64,000 bases of DNA from an uncultured Eubacteriales bacterium (GCA_910584745.1 CAJUDG010000013.1:37082-101081); one strand, 5' to 3'; counted from the stretch's first letter, positions 15,932-25,765 are shown. Translations and numbers: made by a program. The notes: a model not told the origin generated them from the letters alone.

Positions 15932-17107
15932 ATGCCACAGAAAAATGCCTTTTCCGCGATTATCTGCGAATTTGACCCCCTGCACCTGGGACATAGGCTC
16001 ATTTTGGAGCGGGCCGGGGCCCTGGAAAGCCCCGTGGTATGCGTAATGAGCGGCAACTTCGTCCAGCGGGGAGCTCCCGCCATGCTGGACAAGTGGGCCC
16101 GGGCGAGGCTTGCCCTTTTAAACGGCGCGGACCTCGTAATAGAGCTGCCCCTCCCCTGGGCCACTGCCGGAGCGGAGCGGTTTGCCGCCGGGGGTGTGGC
16201 CCTCTGCTCGGCCCTCGGCCAGGGTCTGCTGTGCTTTGGCAGCGAGGTGCCGGACATTGGGCTTCTGCAAAATATAGCCGCCGCCCTGCTCTCAGAGGAG
16301 TTCTCCCGGGCCCTTAGGGCGTGCCCCCCGGAGCTCGGCTTCGCCGCCCGGCGGCAGCTGGCCGCTGAAAAGCTGCTGGGAGAAAAAGCTGCCCCGGCCC
16401 TGTCCGGGCCCAACGCCAACCTGGGCATAGAATACTGCAAGGCCATACTTCGCCTTGGCGCGGCCCTGACCCCCCTGGCGGTAAAGCGGGAGGGCTCCGG
16501 CCACGATCAGCCGGGCGAAGGAAGCGAGTATCTCTCAGGCAGCGAGCTGCGCCGCCGCACCCTCTCCGGCGGGGACCTTGGGGGCCTTGTGCCCGAGAGC
16601 ACCCAAAGGTGCCTTGAGGCCGCCCGGGAAGACGGACGGCTTTCGGAGATATCCTACATTGAGCGGGCCGTGCTCTCAAAACTGAGGAGTATGACCGAGG
16701 AAGAGTTCACCGCCCTGCCGGACCTGTCCGAGGGCATCGAGCATCGGCTGTACCGGGCCGCCAGAGAGGCCCGCTCCCTCACGGAGCTCTACGCCCTCAT
16801 AAAGACCCGCCGGGTCTCCCACTCAAGGGTGCGCCGCCTGGTGCTCTGGGCGTTTCTGGGGGTGCGGGCCCCGCTTATGGAGCTGCCCCCCTACCTGCGG
16901 GCCCTGGGCGGCACCAAAAGGGGCCTTGAGCTCCTTAGGGCTTCCCGCCTGCCGGTGATAGTCAGAAGCTCAGACACAGAGGGGCTTTCCCCCGAAGCCC
17001 AGGCCCTGTTCAAGCTGGAGGCCCTGGCCGGCGACCTCTACGGTCTGGCCTCCCAAAGCCCCCAGCCCTCGGGCCGGGACTATACAGAGGGGTTCATAAG
17101 GCTCTAG
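15932..17107 (+). CDS. tmcAL: tRNA(Met) cytidine acetate ligase (HIGH-type nucleotidyltransferase, YlbM family)
   Basis: EFDPLHLGH, VMSGNFVQRG, GADLVIELP, PNANLGIEY. Confidence 0.85.
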   Translation: MPQKNAFSAIICEFDPLHLGHRLILERAGALESPVVCVMSGNFVQRGAPAMLDKWARARLALLNGADLVIELPLPWATAGAERFAAGGVALCSALGQGLLCFGSEVPDIGLLQNIAAALLSEEFSRALRACPPELGFAARRQLAAEKLLGEKAAPALSGPNANLGIEYCKAILRLGAALTPLAVKREGSGHDQPGEGSEYLSGSELRRRTLSGGDLGGLVPESTQRCLEAAREDGRLSEISYIERAVLSKLRSMTEEEFTALPDLSEGIEHRLYRAAREARSLTELYALIKTRRVSHSRVRRLVLWAFLGVRAPLMELPPYLRALGGTKRGLELLRASRLPVIVRSSDTEGLSPEAQALFKLEALAGDLYGLASQSPQPSGRDYTEGFIRL

Positions 17108-18462
17108 CAAAGGTTTCTGAGCCCCTTGGGATAGCGGTTCTTGAGCCGCCCGTTAGAGGCCTTGCCAAAGCCGGTCACAACGCCGTTCACGCACACCGCC
17201 GTATAGCCGCTGCCGCCAAAGTCCAGCTCCTCCCCCCGAAGGTACGCCAGTATCTCCGGGCCGTCTATGGGCAGGTCCAGACGCTGGCGGCAGTTCTCAG
17301 CCCGCTGGCACATGAAGATGCCATGGCTGGGCTCCAGGCGCTCCATTGAAGCCCGCCTGCCGCCGTGCACCTCGCAGAGTTCCGCCCCGGCCCTGAGCAC
17401 CGGCAGGCCGTACAGCTCCGGCAGGCCCTCCGGCACCAGCAGGAGCCTGTCCCCCGCCCGGATGAGCGGAGCTTCGGAGAAGTCCCCGGTAAACAGCTCC
17501 GAGAGCAGCTCCCTTCCCTGGGACAGCAGCGCCCCCTTTAGCATGTCCCTATGCTCCCCGGCCCTGCATATGTTCTCCCCCACGCGCCTAAAGCGGGCCA
17601 CAAAGTGGCCCTCGCCCCCGTCCATGGGGTACACCCGCCGGGCATGGCCGCCGTCCAGGTCCCCGCGCCCGAACTCGTGGGGTATTTTTTCCGCTGTAAA
17701 TTCCGGGTGGGCCGAGAGGAAGCCTTTGACGGTGCCCTCGTTCTCCTCATAGGAGAAGGTGCAGGTGGAGTAGACCAGCACGCCGCCCTCTCTGACGGTC
17801 CCCGCCGCTTGGTCCAGTATGGCAAGCTGGCGCTTGGCGCAGGCCGTAACGTCCTCCGGGGACCACTCCCCTATGGCCCCTGGGTCCTTTCTGAACATGC
17901 CCTCCCCCGAGCAGGGCGCGTCCACCAGCACCCGGTCGAAGAAGCCCTCAAGGGCCGGGCACAGCCGCTCCGGGTACGCGCAGGAGACCACCGCGTTCAT
18001 CACCCCCAGCCGCTCCAGGTTCGACAGCAGAGCCCCTGCCCGCCCCCTCACCGGCTCGTTGGCCCAGAGGAGCCCCCTGCCCTCCATGGCCCCGGCTATC
18101 TGGGTGGCCTTGCCCCCCGGGGCCGCGCACAGGTCCAGTATGCGCTCTCCGGGCCTTGGGTCCAGGGCCGTCACCGCAGACGACGCCGAGGGCTCCTGTG
18201 CGTAGAACATCCCGGCGTGGTGGGCCGGGAGTCTGCCGAAGCCGCCCTCATAGTCCGCGTAGAAGCCGGTATCTGAAAAGGGCGATGGAGTAAGCTCAAA
18301 GGGTACGCTGTCCCTAAGGGTCCCCTCGCTGCACTTTAGTGTATTCAGCCGCGCGCCCCGGTATGCCGGGCGGTCATAGCACTCTAAAAAGGCCGGGTAC
18401 TCGTCCCCAAGCTGGCTTTCCATCCGCCGCAGGAACTCCTCCGGAAGGCCGTATCCGTCCAC
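17104..18462 (-). CDS. rsmF: RNA m5C methyltransferase, RsmF/NOL1/NOP2/Sun family
   Basis: QEPSA, DLCAAPGGK, DAPCSGEGMFRK, YSTCTF, C-terminal LKNRYPKGLR. Confidence 0.9.
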   Translation of the reverse strand: MDGYGLPEEFLRRMESQLGDEYPAFLECYDRPAYRGARLNTLKCSEGTLRDSVPFELTPSPFSDTGFYADYEGGFGRLPAHHAGMFYAQEPSASSAVTALDPRPGERILDLCAAPGGKATQIAGAMEGRGLLWANEPVRGRAGALLSNLERLGVMNAVVSCAYPERLCPALEGFFDRVLVDAPCSGEGMFRKDPGAIGEWSPEDVTACAKRQLAILDQAAGTVREGGVLVYSTCTFSYEENEGTVKGFLSAHPEFTAEKIPHEFGRGDLDGGHARRVYPMDGGEGHFVARFRRVGENICRAGEHRDMLKGALLSQGRELLSELFTGDFSEAPLIRAGDRLLLVPEGLPELYGLPVLRAGAELCEVHGGRRASMERLEPSHGIFMCQRAENCRQRLDLPIDGPEILAYLRGEELDFGGSGYTAVCVNGVVTGFGKASNGRLKNRYPKGLRNLC

Positions 18463-18500
18463 CGTATCACCTCTTTAAAAAATTTTTAAAAACCTGACGC

Positions 18501-18529
18501 GCATAATCTCGCCCGGCCTGTCCACAATA
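18501..18529 (+). promoter_or_regulatory. Possible SigG/SigF-type (forespore) promoter
   Basis: GCATA-N17-CACAATA resembles the SigG consensus GHATA..CATAHTA. Confidence 0.45.
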
Positions 18530-18619
18530 CCTTTTGGAAGACGTCCGCACCGCCCGGAAAAGCGGGGCCTTGCGGAGGGCTTCAGCTTCGTCATCATTGC
18601 GTGAAAGGAAGTCATTGTC

Positions 18620-18817
18620 ATGAGCAACAATCAGAACTCTCAGAACAACCAGAGCCGGAATAACTCCCAGAACCAGAACAGCCGCTCTCAGCAGAACCAG
18701 AACAATCAGAACAGCCAGAACCGCCAGAATCAGAACTCTCAGCAGAACCAGAGCCAGAACCAGAAGTCCAAGAACCAGAAGTCCAGCTACGAGCAGGAGC
18801 AGGACGAGCTGTACTAA
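18620..18817 (+). CDS. 65-aa Asn/Gln-rich low-complexity protein
   Basis: GAAAGGAAG RBS, own terminator, 19 N plus 20 Q out of 65 residues, CAGAAC repeats. Confidence 0.75.
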   Translation: MSNNQNSQNNQSRNNSQNQNSRSQQNQNNQNSQNRQNQNSQQNQSQNQKSKNQKSSYEQEQDELY

Positions 18818-18826
18818 CTCGCCCGC

Positions 18827-18865
18827 AGGCAAAGGCCCGGCTTTGGCCGGGCCTTTGCTTTTTTT
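18827..18865 (+). terminator. Intrinsic terminator
   Basis: GCAAAGGCCCGGC-TTTG-GCCGGGCCTTTGC plus TTTTTTT. Confidence 0.85.
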
Positions 18866-18954
18866 CGAGCTTCGCTCTCAACCCAAGGCCGCAGGGCTCC
18901 GCCCCGCACCCTGCAAGGGGAGCACAGCTCCCCTTGACCCCTACGCGCTTCGCG

Positions 18955-19869
18955 CTACTTTTTCTTTATCTCGCCAATGAGCTCCTTCAGCGACTTATCG
19001 TCCGGCCGCATTGGCCGAAAACCCTCCCCGGTTATCTGCCCCGCGTCCCCTATAATAACAAAGGCGTTCTTGTCCTCATCCCGGATTATCGCCTGCATCT
19101 GATACACCTCGAACCGCCGCACCACGCACAGCATGGTCTCCCCCGGCTCGTTGCTGTACCCGCCGTGACTGTCAAGATACGTCACTGTCCGGTCCATCTC
19201 CTCGATGACCCTCTTGCCCATCTCACGGACCCTCGGGCTCATTACATAGAACAGCTTGCCCGTGCCCACGTCCGTGCCGTATAGGATGGTGTCGATTATG
19301 CTCGTGCACACGAAGATGGAGATGCACGCGTACATGGCGTTCTCAATGCTGCCGAAGACCACCGCCGACGCCGCCACGATGACCCCATCCAGGGCCAGCA
19401 TCAGCTTTCCCATGGACAGGTGGGGCATACGCCGCTCAAGAAGCCTTGCCACCATGTCCGTGCCCCCGGTGGTTGCCCCCCGGATGAAGGTCAGCGACAG
19501 CCCCAGCCCCTCGCACACCCCGGAGAACACCGCCACCAGTATGGGGTTCCCGCTGTATACCGGCATGAAGCCGGTGAAAAGGTCGATGAATACCGACGAG
19601 AGGACTATGGCCGCCATGGTCTTTACCACCAGCTTATAGCCGATGTCCACCACGGCCCAAAGGATTATGGGTATATTGATGAAGAAGCTCATAAGGCCGA
19701 TGGGCGTGCCGAACATGTAGTTCAGCATGGTGCAGAGGCCGGTCACCCCGCCCGGGGCGATATTGTTGGGCGCGGTCAGGGTGGTGACCGCCGTGGCGTA
19801 CACCATGGCCCCGGCCACGATGAAGATCATGTCAAGAAAAATGTCCTTTCGCCGGGCTATATGAGCCAT
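18955..19869 (-). CDS. YitT/UPF0750-family membrane protein
   Basis: IAPGGVTG, GATTGGTD, C-terminal DKNAFVII..ITGEGF. Confidence 0.9.
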   Translation of the reverse strand: MAHIARRKDIFLDMIFIVAGAMVYATAVTTLTAPNNIAPGGVTGLCTMLNYMFGTPIGLMSFFINIPIILWAVVDIGYKLVVKTMAAIVLSSVFIDLFTGFMPVYSGNPILVAVFSGVCEGLGLSLTFIRGATTGGTDMVARLLERRMPHLSMGKLMLALDGVIVAASAVVFGSIENAMYACISIFVCTSIIDTILYGTDVGTGKLFYVMSPRVREMGKRVIEEMDRTVTYLDSHGGYSNEPGETMLCVVRRFEVYQMQAIIRDEDKNAFVIIGDAGQITGEGFRPMRPDDKSLKELIGEIKKK

Positions 19870-19901
19870 GCTTACCGTCTCCCTTCAAAATAACCAGATG
19901 A

Positions 19902-20303
19902 TCAGCCCAGTATCTCCGCGGCCATCAGAAAGAGCTCCCGGGCCCGGTCCGTCTCGCCCCTAAGGTACAGCCAGCCGAACAGCGCCTCTAAGGCCGTGGC
20001 ACCGTGATAGTCTGCTATGTCCGCGTTCTTGGGCACGTGGCCCACATGGGCGTTGCGGCCCCTAAGGGCTATGTCCCGCTCCTCCGAACTCAGGCCCTCC
20101 CAAAGGCCCGATAGGGCTTTAGCCTGGGCCTGGCAGCAGACCAGGGCCGTTTTTTGTCCGTGAAGCTTTTTTACAGGGCTTGGCCCCCCTTGTAAAAAGT
20201 ACTCCCGGGCCAGAAGGTCGTAGACCCCGTCGCCGATAAAGGCCAGGTCCAGGGCGCTCATGCGCCGCATATCCGGGCATGGGGCTTTCAGTAATGTGTC
20301 CAA
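19902..20303 (-). CDS. mrnC: Mini-ribonuclease III
   Basis: LAFIGDGVYDL, RGRNA, YHGATALEALFGWLYL. Confidence 0.9.
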   Translation of the reverse strand: MDTLLKAPCPDMRRMSALDLAFIGDGVYDLLAREYFLQGGPSPVKKLHGQKTALVCCQAQAKALSGLWEGLSSEERDIALRGRNAHVGHVPKNADIADYHGATALEALFGWLYLRGETDRARELFLMAAEILG

Positions 20304-20315
20304 GTACCGCGCCCC

Positions 20316-21587
20316 CTAATCCACAAAGTCGAATTCCAGGCCGTAGATGTCCACCGTGTCCCCCTCGCCGCAGCCCGCCTCTCTCAGAGCGTCTATCACG
20401 CCGGTATCGATGAGCACCCGCTGGAAATATTGCAGCGACTCGCTGTCGTCAAAGTCCACCGTGCGCATTATCCTAAGGAGCCACGGGGCCTCCACAGAGA
20501 ACACGCCGTCCTCCTCCACCACCGTCACTGCGCCACGCTCCAGCTCCTCCGTGGGCTTAAGCTCCACCGGCTCGGGCTCGTACCGCAGGATGGGCGGCAG
20601 CTTTGCGAGTTCTGCGGTTATCGCGTCCAAAAGGGGGTCCACCTGCTCGTTTATGGGGGCTATCATGGGGAAAAAGCGGTAGCCAAGGCCCTCTATATAG
20701 CTTCTGAACTCCTCTATCTGCCCGGGCTCCGCAAGGTCGCACTTGTTCCCGGCCACCAGCATTGGCCGCTCAGAGAGCTCCGGGTTGAACCGCTTGAGCT
20801 CCCGGTTTATGGTCTCGAAGTCCTCTTTGGGGTCCCGGCCCTCGCTGCCCGACACGTCCACTATATGCACGAGCATCCGGCACCGTTCCACGTGCCGCAG
20901 GAACTGGTGCCCAAGGCCCTTGCCCTCCCAGGCCCCCTCTATGAGCCCGGGGATGTCCGCCATGACGAAGGAGCGGCCCTCGCCCCGGCGCACCACCCCC
21001 AGCACGGGGGTCAGGGTGGTGAAGTGGTAGTTGGCGATATTGGGCTTTGCCTCTGAGACCACGGAGATAAGGGTGGACTTGCCCACGTTGGGAAAGCCCA
21101 CAAGGCCCACGTCGGCCAGAAGCTTCAGCTCAAGCTGGACCTCCAGCTCCTCTCCGGGCAGGCCGGGCTTCGCGAAGCGTGGGGCCTGGCGGGTGGGTGT
21201 GGCAAAATGGGTGTTGCCCCAGCCGCCCTTGCCGCCCCTGGCGATGACCTGGGGCTCGCCGTCCCAGATGTCGGCGATTATCCGGCCGGTCTCCGCGTCC
21301 TTCACAAGAGTTCCTATGGGCACCCTCACCACCAGATCCTGGGCCGACTTCCCCGCGCAGCGCCCGCCCCGGCCGTTCTCCCCCCGGGGCGCGGAATACT
21401 TGCGCTTGTACCTGAAGTCCGCCAGGGTGGAGAGGTTGCTGTCCCCCTGAAAGACGACGCTGCCGCCGCGGCCGCCGTCCCCGCCGTCGGGGCCGCCTGC
21501 CGCCACGTACTTCTCCCGGTGGAAGGACACGGCGCCGTCCCCGCCGTCCCCGGCCTTTATATATATTTTTGCCATGTCTATGAACAT
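20316..21587 (-). CDS. obgE: GTPase ObgE/CgtA
   Basis: FIDMAKIYIKAGDGGDG, GFPNVGKST, DIPGLIEGA, NKCD, C-terminal OCT domain. Confidence 0.97.
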   Translation of the reverse strand: MFIDMAKIYIKAGDGGDGAVSFHREKYVAAGGPDGGDGGRGGSVVFQGDSNLSTLADFRYKRKYSAPRGENGRGGRCAGKSAQDLVVRVPIGTLVKDAETGRIIADIWDGEPQVIARGGKGGWGNTHFATPTRQAPRFAKPGLPGEELEVQLELKLLADVGLVGFPNVGKSTLISVVSEAKPNIANYHFTTLTPVLGVVRRGEGRSFVMADIPGLIEGAWEGKGLGHQFLRHVERCRMLVHIVDVSGSEGRDPKEDFETINRELKRFNPELSERPMLVAGNKCDLAEPGQIEEFRSYIEGLGYRFFPMIAPINEQVDPLLDAITAELAKLPPILRYEPEPVELKPTEELERGAVTVVEEDGVFSVEAPWLLRIMRTVDFDDSESLQYFQRVLIDTGVIDALREAGCGEGDTVDIYGLEFDFVD

Positions 21588-21590
21588 AAT

Positions 21591-22112
21591 TTACCTCCTG
21601 GCGCGAATACGGTAGGTCCGAAGCATAAGCTCCCTGCCGGACTCCGTTATGACCTTTTCCAGCCCGCCCCTCTCGTGGGGGAATTTCTCAACGAGGCCTA
21701 TGCTGGGCGCGTTCCTCTCGTCAGCCTCATAGATATAGTATTCGTACTTTCCGAGCCCGTCAAGATATCCAAGGACCCCCTCAAGGGCCTCTTTTCCATA
21801 CCCCCGCCCCTGGGCGGAGGCTTTCAGCCATATCCCAAGCTCCGGGGCCTCCTCGCGAAGGCCGAAGACCTCGGCGCTGCCGAGAAACTCCCCCTCGGGG
21901 CCGAGTATCGTAAGCTCCAGCATGTCCCCGCGCTCCATGTCATCCATGAACCCCCCGAGCACCTGCCGGGCGGTATCAATGTCCGGGAAGGGGTCGGGGT
22001 ACTGGTATTTGGTGACCTCGGGGGTGAATTCCTGGCGGTAAGGCTCAAGATGGTCGAGGGTGAAGGGGGCTATTGTCAGGTTTTTGGTGGTTATCGTCAG
22101 GTCCATAAGCAT
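21591..22112 (-). CDS. GNAT (RimJ/RimL-like) N-acetyltransferase
   Basis: ELGIWL..AQGRGYGKEAL, NAPSIGLVEK. GAGGTG RBS before ATG 22112. Confidence 0.85.
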   Translation of the reverse strand: MLMDLTITTKNLTIAPFTLDHLEPYRQEFTPEVTKYQYPDPFPDIDTARQVLGGFMDDMERGDMLELTILGPEGEFLGSAEVFGLREEAPELGIWLKASAQGRGYGKEALEGVLGYLDGLGKYEYYIYEADERNAPSIGLVEKFPHERGGLEKVITESGRELMLRTYRIRARR

Positions 22113-22114
22113 TT

Positions 22115-22951
22115 TCACCTCTTTGAGAAAACGCCGCATATGCCCTCGGCCTGTCCAGTAAACGGCCTGCCGCATATATCGTCATAAAAATCTCGCGCAT
22201 TAAAATAGCTCTTGCATAGCTCCCCGGAAAAAGTTTCTTTAGAATAATACTGGTCCCATATATTAAAGATATCGGTGCTGTCCCCGGTCATAACCAGGTA
22301 CCGGTCCAGCGTGTTTTTTGTCTCACTATAAATAACATTCCGCTGTATCACCACATGTGGCTCCGGCGACCAGAAGCCCGATTTTTCATAGCTGACGCTC
22401 TGGGCCTCTCTGAAGGAGTAGAAACTTGACATATTATATACGTCCAAAATAAGTATGCCGTCTCTTTTCAGCGCTCTGTGAACTTTCTCAAGCAGAACCT
22501 CCCTGTCCTTTGGCGGCAGCACTCCGTAGTCATAGTATACCATTATAGCGGCATCGAACTCATTGTCAAAATCCAACTCAAGATAATTTTGGTATCTATA
22601 GTCGATATCTCTCCCGGCTATCTCTGCCTGGTTCCTCGCGTACTCTATAGAGCGCCGTGAAAAGTCAACGCCGGTGACTGAAAAGCCCCTGTCACAAAGC
22701 ATTTCGGCATAGAGACCCGGGCCGCAGCCCAAATCCAGGAGCCTTTTACCCTTAACGTCCCCGCAATATTCGCAGAGCCACTCCACCGAGCTCTGGATAG
22801 TCTCGAGCTTTCTTGAAGCGCCGTCGTGCTCCGCATCCAAATGGGCTGCGAGCATACCCTTTGAGATGTGCTCATCGTCCCAGAACGCCTTGGTGCTCCC
22901 GGCGTAGACCGGCGGGTTTTCCTCAAAGAATTTCAGTATCTTCTCATTCAT
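22115..22951 (-). CDS. Class I SAM-dependent methyltransferase
   Basis: LLDLGCGPG, VTGVDFS motifs. Confidence 0.9.
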   Translation of the reverse strand: MNEKILKFFEENPPVYAGSTKAFWDDEHISKGMLAAHLDAEHDGASRKLETIQSSVEWLCEYCGDVKGKRLLDLGCGPGLYAEMLCDRGFSVTGVDFSRRSIEYARNQAEIAGRDIDYRYQNYLELDFDNEFDAAIMVYYDYGVLPPKDREVLLEKVHRALKRDGILILDVYNMSSFYSFREAQSVSYEKSGFWSPEPHVVIQRNVIYSETKNTLDRYLVMTGDSTDIFNIWDQYYSKETFSGELCKSYFNARDFYDDICGRPFTGQAEGICGVFSKR

Positions 22952-23641
22952 CTAACGCTTAAGCCTCCTCAAAAACTCCTGCACCTCTCTGTTGAACCTC
23001 TCCGGCTCCCTGGCGGCTATAAAGTGGTCCCCCTCTATTATTGACAGCTTCGCCTCCGGGATACTCCCCGCTATCAGCCGGGTGTGGCTGTCCTTCACCA
23101 TATCCCGCGTCCCGGCTATCACCAGCGCTGGGGCTTTTATGGCCCCCAGCTCCTTCGGCCTGATATTGGGCTCGTTCACCATCAGCCCCAAAAGCTCCAT
23201 ATGGCCCTTGGCCTCCGCCGACCTTCCGGCAAAAATTTTCGTCAGCCTATAGCCAAGCTCGATGGGTATCTGTACCCTGCGCTTTATCCCGGAGGGGTCC
23301 AGGTTGCCACCGTTGAGCACCAGCGCCCTTACCCTCTCCGGATAGTCCAGCGCGAACCGCATGGCGATATTGGCCCCGTCGGAGAAGCCCAGGATAATGG
23401 CCCGGCTGATCCCAAGGCCGTCCATGAAGCCCGCCAGGTCCTCTGCGAACTGCCGGATGGTAAAGGGGGCGCTGCCCCTGGGGGACCTGCCGTGGCCCCT
23501 GGTGTCCGGGGCTATCACTCTGTAATGCTCGGAGAAGCGCTCTATCTGGCCCTTAAAATACGAGCCGTCCTCGCCGTTGCCGTGCAGGAGTATAAGGGGC
23601 TCTCCCGCGCCCTTTTCTTCATAGTGCAGGGCTATGTCCAT
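22952..23641 (-). CDS. Alpha/beta hydrolase
   Basis: LLHGNG, DTRGHGRS, GFSDG nucleophile elbow, GTRD, GDH. Confidence 0.9.
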   Translation of the reverse strand: MDIALHYEEKGAGEPLILLHGNGEDGSYFKGQIERFSEHYRVIAPDTRGHGRSPRGSAPFTIRQFAEDLAGFMDGLGISRAIILGFSDGANIAMRFALDYPERVRALVLNGGNLDPSGIKRRVQIPIELGYRLTKIFAGRSAEAKGHMELLGLMVNEPNIRPKELGAIKAPALVIAGTRDMVKDSHTRLIAGSIPEAKLSIIEGDHFIAAREPERFNREVQEFLRRLKR

Positions 23642-23647
23642 GACCGT

Positions 23648-24451
23648 TCAAAAGGTCCTGGGCCGGGCCCCGATGAAGGAGCATATCCTGTTGTTCCACT
23701 CCTGCCGGGGACCGTCCAGCACAAGGCTCTGCAGCCCCAGCTCCGGCAGAATTTCAAGCTCCCTGCGCTGGCGCTCCTCAAGGCAGGCTATATAGCCATC
23801 GAAGCCCTTGGCCCCTATGCTCTTGCCGTATGCTCCGTTTGCGTGGTAGCTTATGACCTCGTCCAGCCAGCCCGGGCGCTCCTCTGCGGCGGCCTGGATA
23901 TTCTCTGCGATATTCCCGCTTTTCAGGTATATCACCGCCGGCTCTAAGGGCGCTATTATCTCCGCTATGCTGCGGATATACTCAAGGGACTGCTCCTGTG
24001 CAAAGCCAAAGCGCATCATGGTCTCGCACATGGGATTCTGCAAAAGGACCGCGTTGAACACATAGATCAGATGCTCCTGGGCGCTCTCTGCAAAGCTTTT
24101 CCACTTGTCAAGCATTACGGGTCTCTCCGTCTCCCAGGGCAGCGCGTCGTATATCTTATATGGCATTAGCCTTTGCAGCGCCGCACCGCCCAGCGCCGAG
24201 AGCGGCGTGACATAGCCGTCCAGCCGGGGCTCCGACCGGGAGCGTATCATCTCCCGAAGCCCTGGCGGGAATGACGCCAGCTGCCCGCCGGTGACATAGG
24301 CGCTCTGCTCATAGTCGGCGGGGTGTTCCCCGGTGCCCTCATCAACGCAGAGCACCTTCCTGCCCATGGCCGTAAGCCTGTTCGCCACGTATTTTGCCGT
24401 GGTGCTCTTGCCCGAACAGGGCAGGCCCTCCACAATAATAATTCTTGTCAT
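23648..24451 (-). CDS. P-loop NTPase / nucleotide kinase-like protein
   Basis: N-terminal IIVEGLPCSGKSTTA Walker A. Confidence 0.75.
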   Translation of the reverse strand: MTRIIIVEGLPCSGKSTTAKYVANRLTAMGRKVLCVDEGTGEHPADYEQSAYVTGGQLASFPPGLREMIRSRSEPRLDGYVTPLSALGGAALQRLMPYKIYDALPWETERPVMLDKWKSFAESAQEHLIYVFNAVLLQNPMCETMMRFGFAQEQSLEYIRSIAEIIAPLEPAVIYLKSGNIAENIQAAAEERPGWLDEVISYHANGAYGKSIGAKGFDGYIACLEERQRRELEILPELGLQSLVLDGPRQEWNNRICSFIGARPRTF

Positions 24452-24455
24452 TATT

Positions 24456-25061
24456 TTACTCCCCGTCCGGCTGCTGCCCGTCATGGGCCGGCCATTTACA
24501 TTCCGTCATCTGCATATCCGTGAACACCGCTCTGAAGCTCGAATCCTCCGGCGAGCAGGCGTATACGCCGAAGTGTATATCTCCCCCGCCCTTCTGCATA
24601 TGGCATATGCGCATCTGCTCAAAATATACGCCGTCTTTTGAGCACTCTATCCTGTAGTCGTCCTCCCGGCGGCTGAGCCTGTACCACATGGTCCCAAGGT
24701 CCGCGGGTATGACCGTTGTGGCCCAGTCGGAATAGCCGCCGTTTGTCACCACGCTGCCCAGGTGTGAGAACTCCCCGTTCTCATACTCCACCGAGGCCTT
24801 CAGCCAGTTCTCGCTGTCCAGGTACATCACGACGCCGCACTGGTCGAAGCGGCGGCGGCTTTCGGAAAAGTTCGTCTTCACCGTAAAGCTGAAATACCTC
24901 TCCCCGGTCTCTGTCTGCAATACCGGGGCATTGTCGTTTCTGAAATGGTAGTAGGTCCTCTGCCACAGGTCCGTATGGGGCCGGGTGACTATCTCTATCC
25001 GCCCGCCCTCTATACGAAAACTCTCCGGCTCTCTTGTCCACTGGAACTTCGTCAGATCCAC
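24456..25061 (-). CDS. DUF1349 family protein
   Basis: TDLWQRTYYHF, FDQCG, WLKASVE, YACSP. GGGAGG RBS before GTG 25061. Confidence 0.85.
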   Translation of the reverse strand: MDLTKFQWTREPESFRIEGGRIEIVTRPHTDLWQRTYYHFRNDNAPVLQTETGERYFSFTVKTNFSESRRRFDQCGVVMYLDSENWLKASVEYENGEFSHLGSVVTNGGYSDWATTVIPADLGTMWYRLSRREDDYRIECSKDGVYFEQMRICHMQKGGGDIHFGVYACSPEDSSFRAVFTDMQMTECKWPAHDGQQPDGE

Positions 25062-25082
25062 GTTATCCTCCCTCATTACAAA

Positions 25083-25111
25083 AAAAGCCCCTTCGCCGTG
25101 AAGGGGCTTTC
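25083..25111 (-). terminator. Terminator after rpmA
   Basis: AAAGCCCCTTC..GAAGGGGCTTT with T-tract on the minus strand. Confidence 0.8.
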
Positions 25112-25131
25112 TCTACCTTGCGGACCCTGCC

Positions 25132-25410
25132 TTACTCGGCGTAGACGCTGACCTTCTTGCGGTCGGCGCCCATGCGCTCGAAGCGGACCTTGCCGTCCAC
25201 CATGGCGAACAGGGTGTCGTCCTTGCCCCGGCCCACGTTGGTGCCGGGATGGATCTTGGTGCCGCGCTGCTTGACGAGGATATTGCCCGCCAGCACGAAC
25301 TGGCCGTCGGCGCGCTTGACGCCCAGGCGCTTAGACTCGGAGTCGCGGCCGTTCTTGGTGGAGCCCATGCCCTTTTTATGGGCGAAAAGCTGGATATTGA
25401 TTTTCAGCAT
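25132..25410 (-). CDS. rpmA: 50S ribosomal protein L27 with cleavable N-terminal extension
   Basis: [24 protein letters not shown]. Confidence 0.97.
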   Translation of the reverse strand: MLKINIQLFAHKKGMGSTKNGRDSESKRLGVKRADGQFVLAGNILVKQRGTKIHPGTNVGRGKDDTLFAMVDGKVRFERMGADRKKVSVYAE

Positions 25411-25447
25411 GATAATAGCCTTCCTTTCGATTATTGTACAGATTCTC

Positions 25448-25765
25448 TCAGATCTCAATAGAGCTGACCCGGATATCCTCCGGATACTGTTCCTCAAGCC
25501 CCTCCAGGTGCAGTTTAAGCCCCAGAAGCGCCGCCCGGCACCCCGGCCCGTCCTCCGGCGAGAGCCGCAGCAGCATGTCCCCCTCGCTGGCTTCCAGCTC
25601 CCTTGGGACCGCGCCCATCACCTCGGTGATGGTGTTCGCCACAAGGTACGCCGCCGAGGACACCGCCGCGCACACTATGTCCGTGCCCGCTTCACCTCCG
25701 GCGTGGCCGGTGATGTGAAAGCCCAGCAGGCTGCCGGTATGGGTGAGGAAACCGGCCCGGATCAT
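25448..25765 (-). CDS. prp: Ribosomal-processing cysteine protease Prp (YsxB)
   Basis: [12 protein letters not shown], located between rplU and rpmA. Confidence 0.92.
   Translation of the reverse strand: MIRAGFLTHTGSLLGFHITGHAGGEAGTDIVCAAVSSAAYLVANTITEVMGAVPRELEASEGDMLLRLSPEDGPGCRAALLGLKLHLEGLEEQYPEDIRVSSIEI

Noticed and set aside
14600..17107. Divergent ackA and tmcAL (both use acetate) as a novel link
   Set aside because: This arrangement is common in Clostridia, so it is not new.
18467..18881. Minus-strand ORFs (Leu/Val-rich 121 aa and Ser/Gly-rich 87 aa) over the N/Q gene
   Set aside because: Antisense shadows of CAGAAC repeats. RBS, promoter and terminator all favour the plus-strand ORF.
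25384..25410. N-terminal extension on L27
   Set aside because: Known Firmicutes feature, removed by the adjacent Prp protease.
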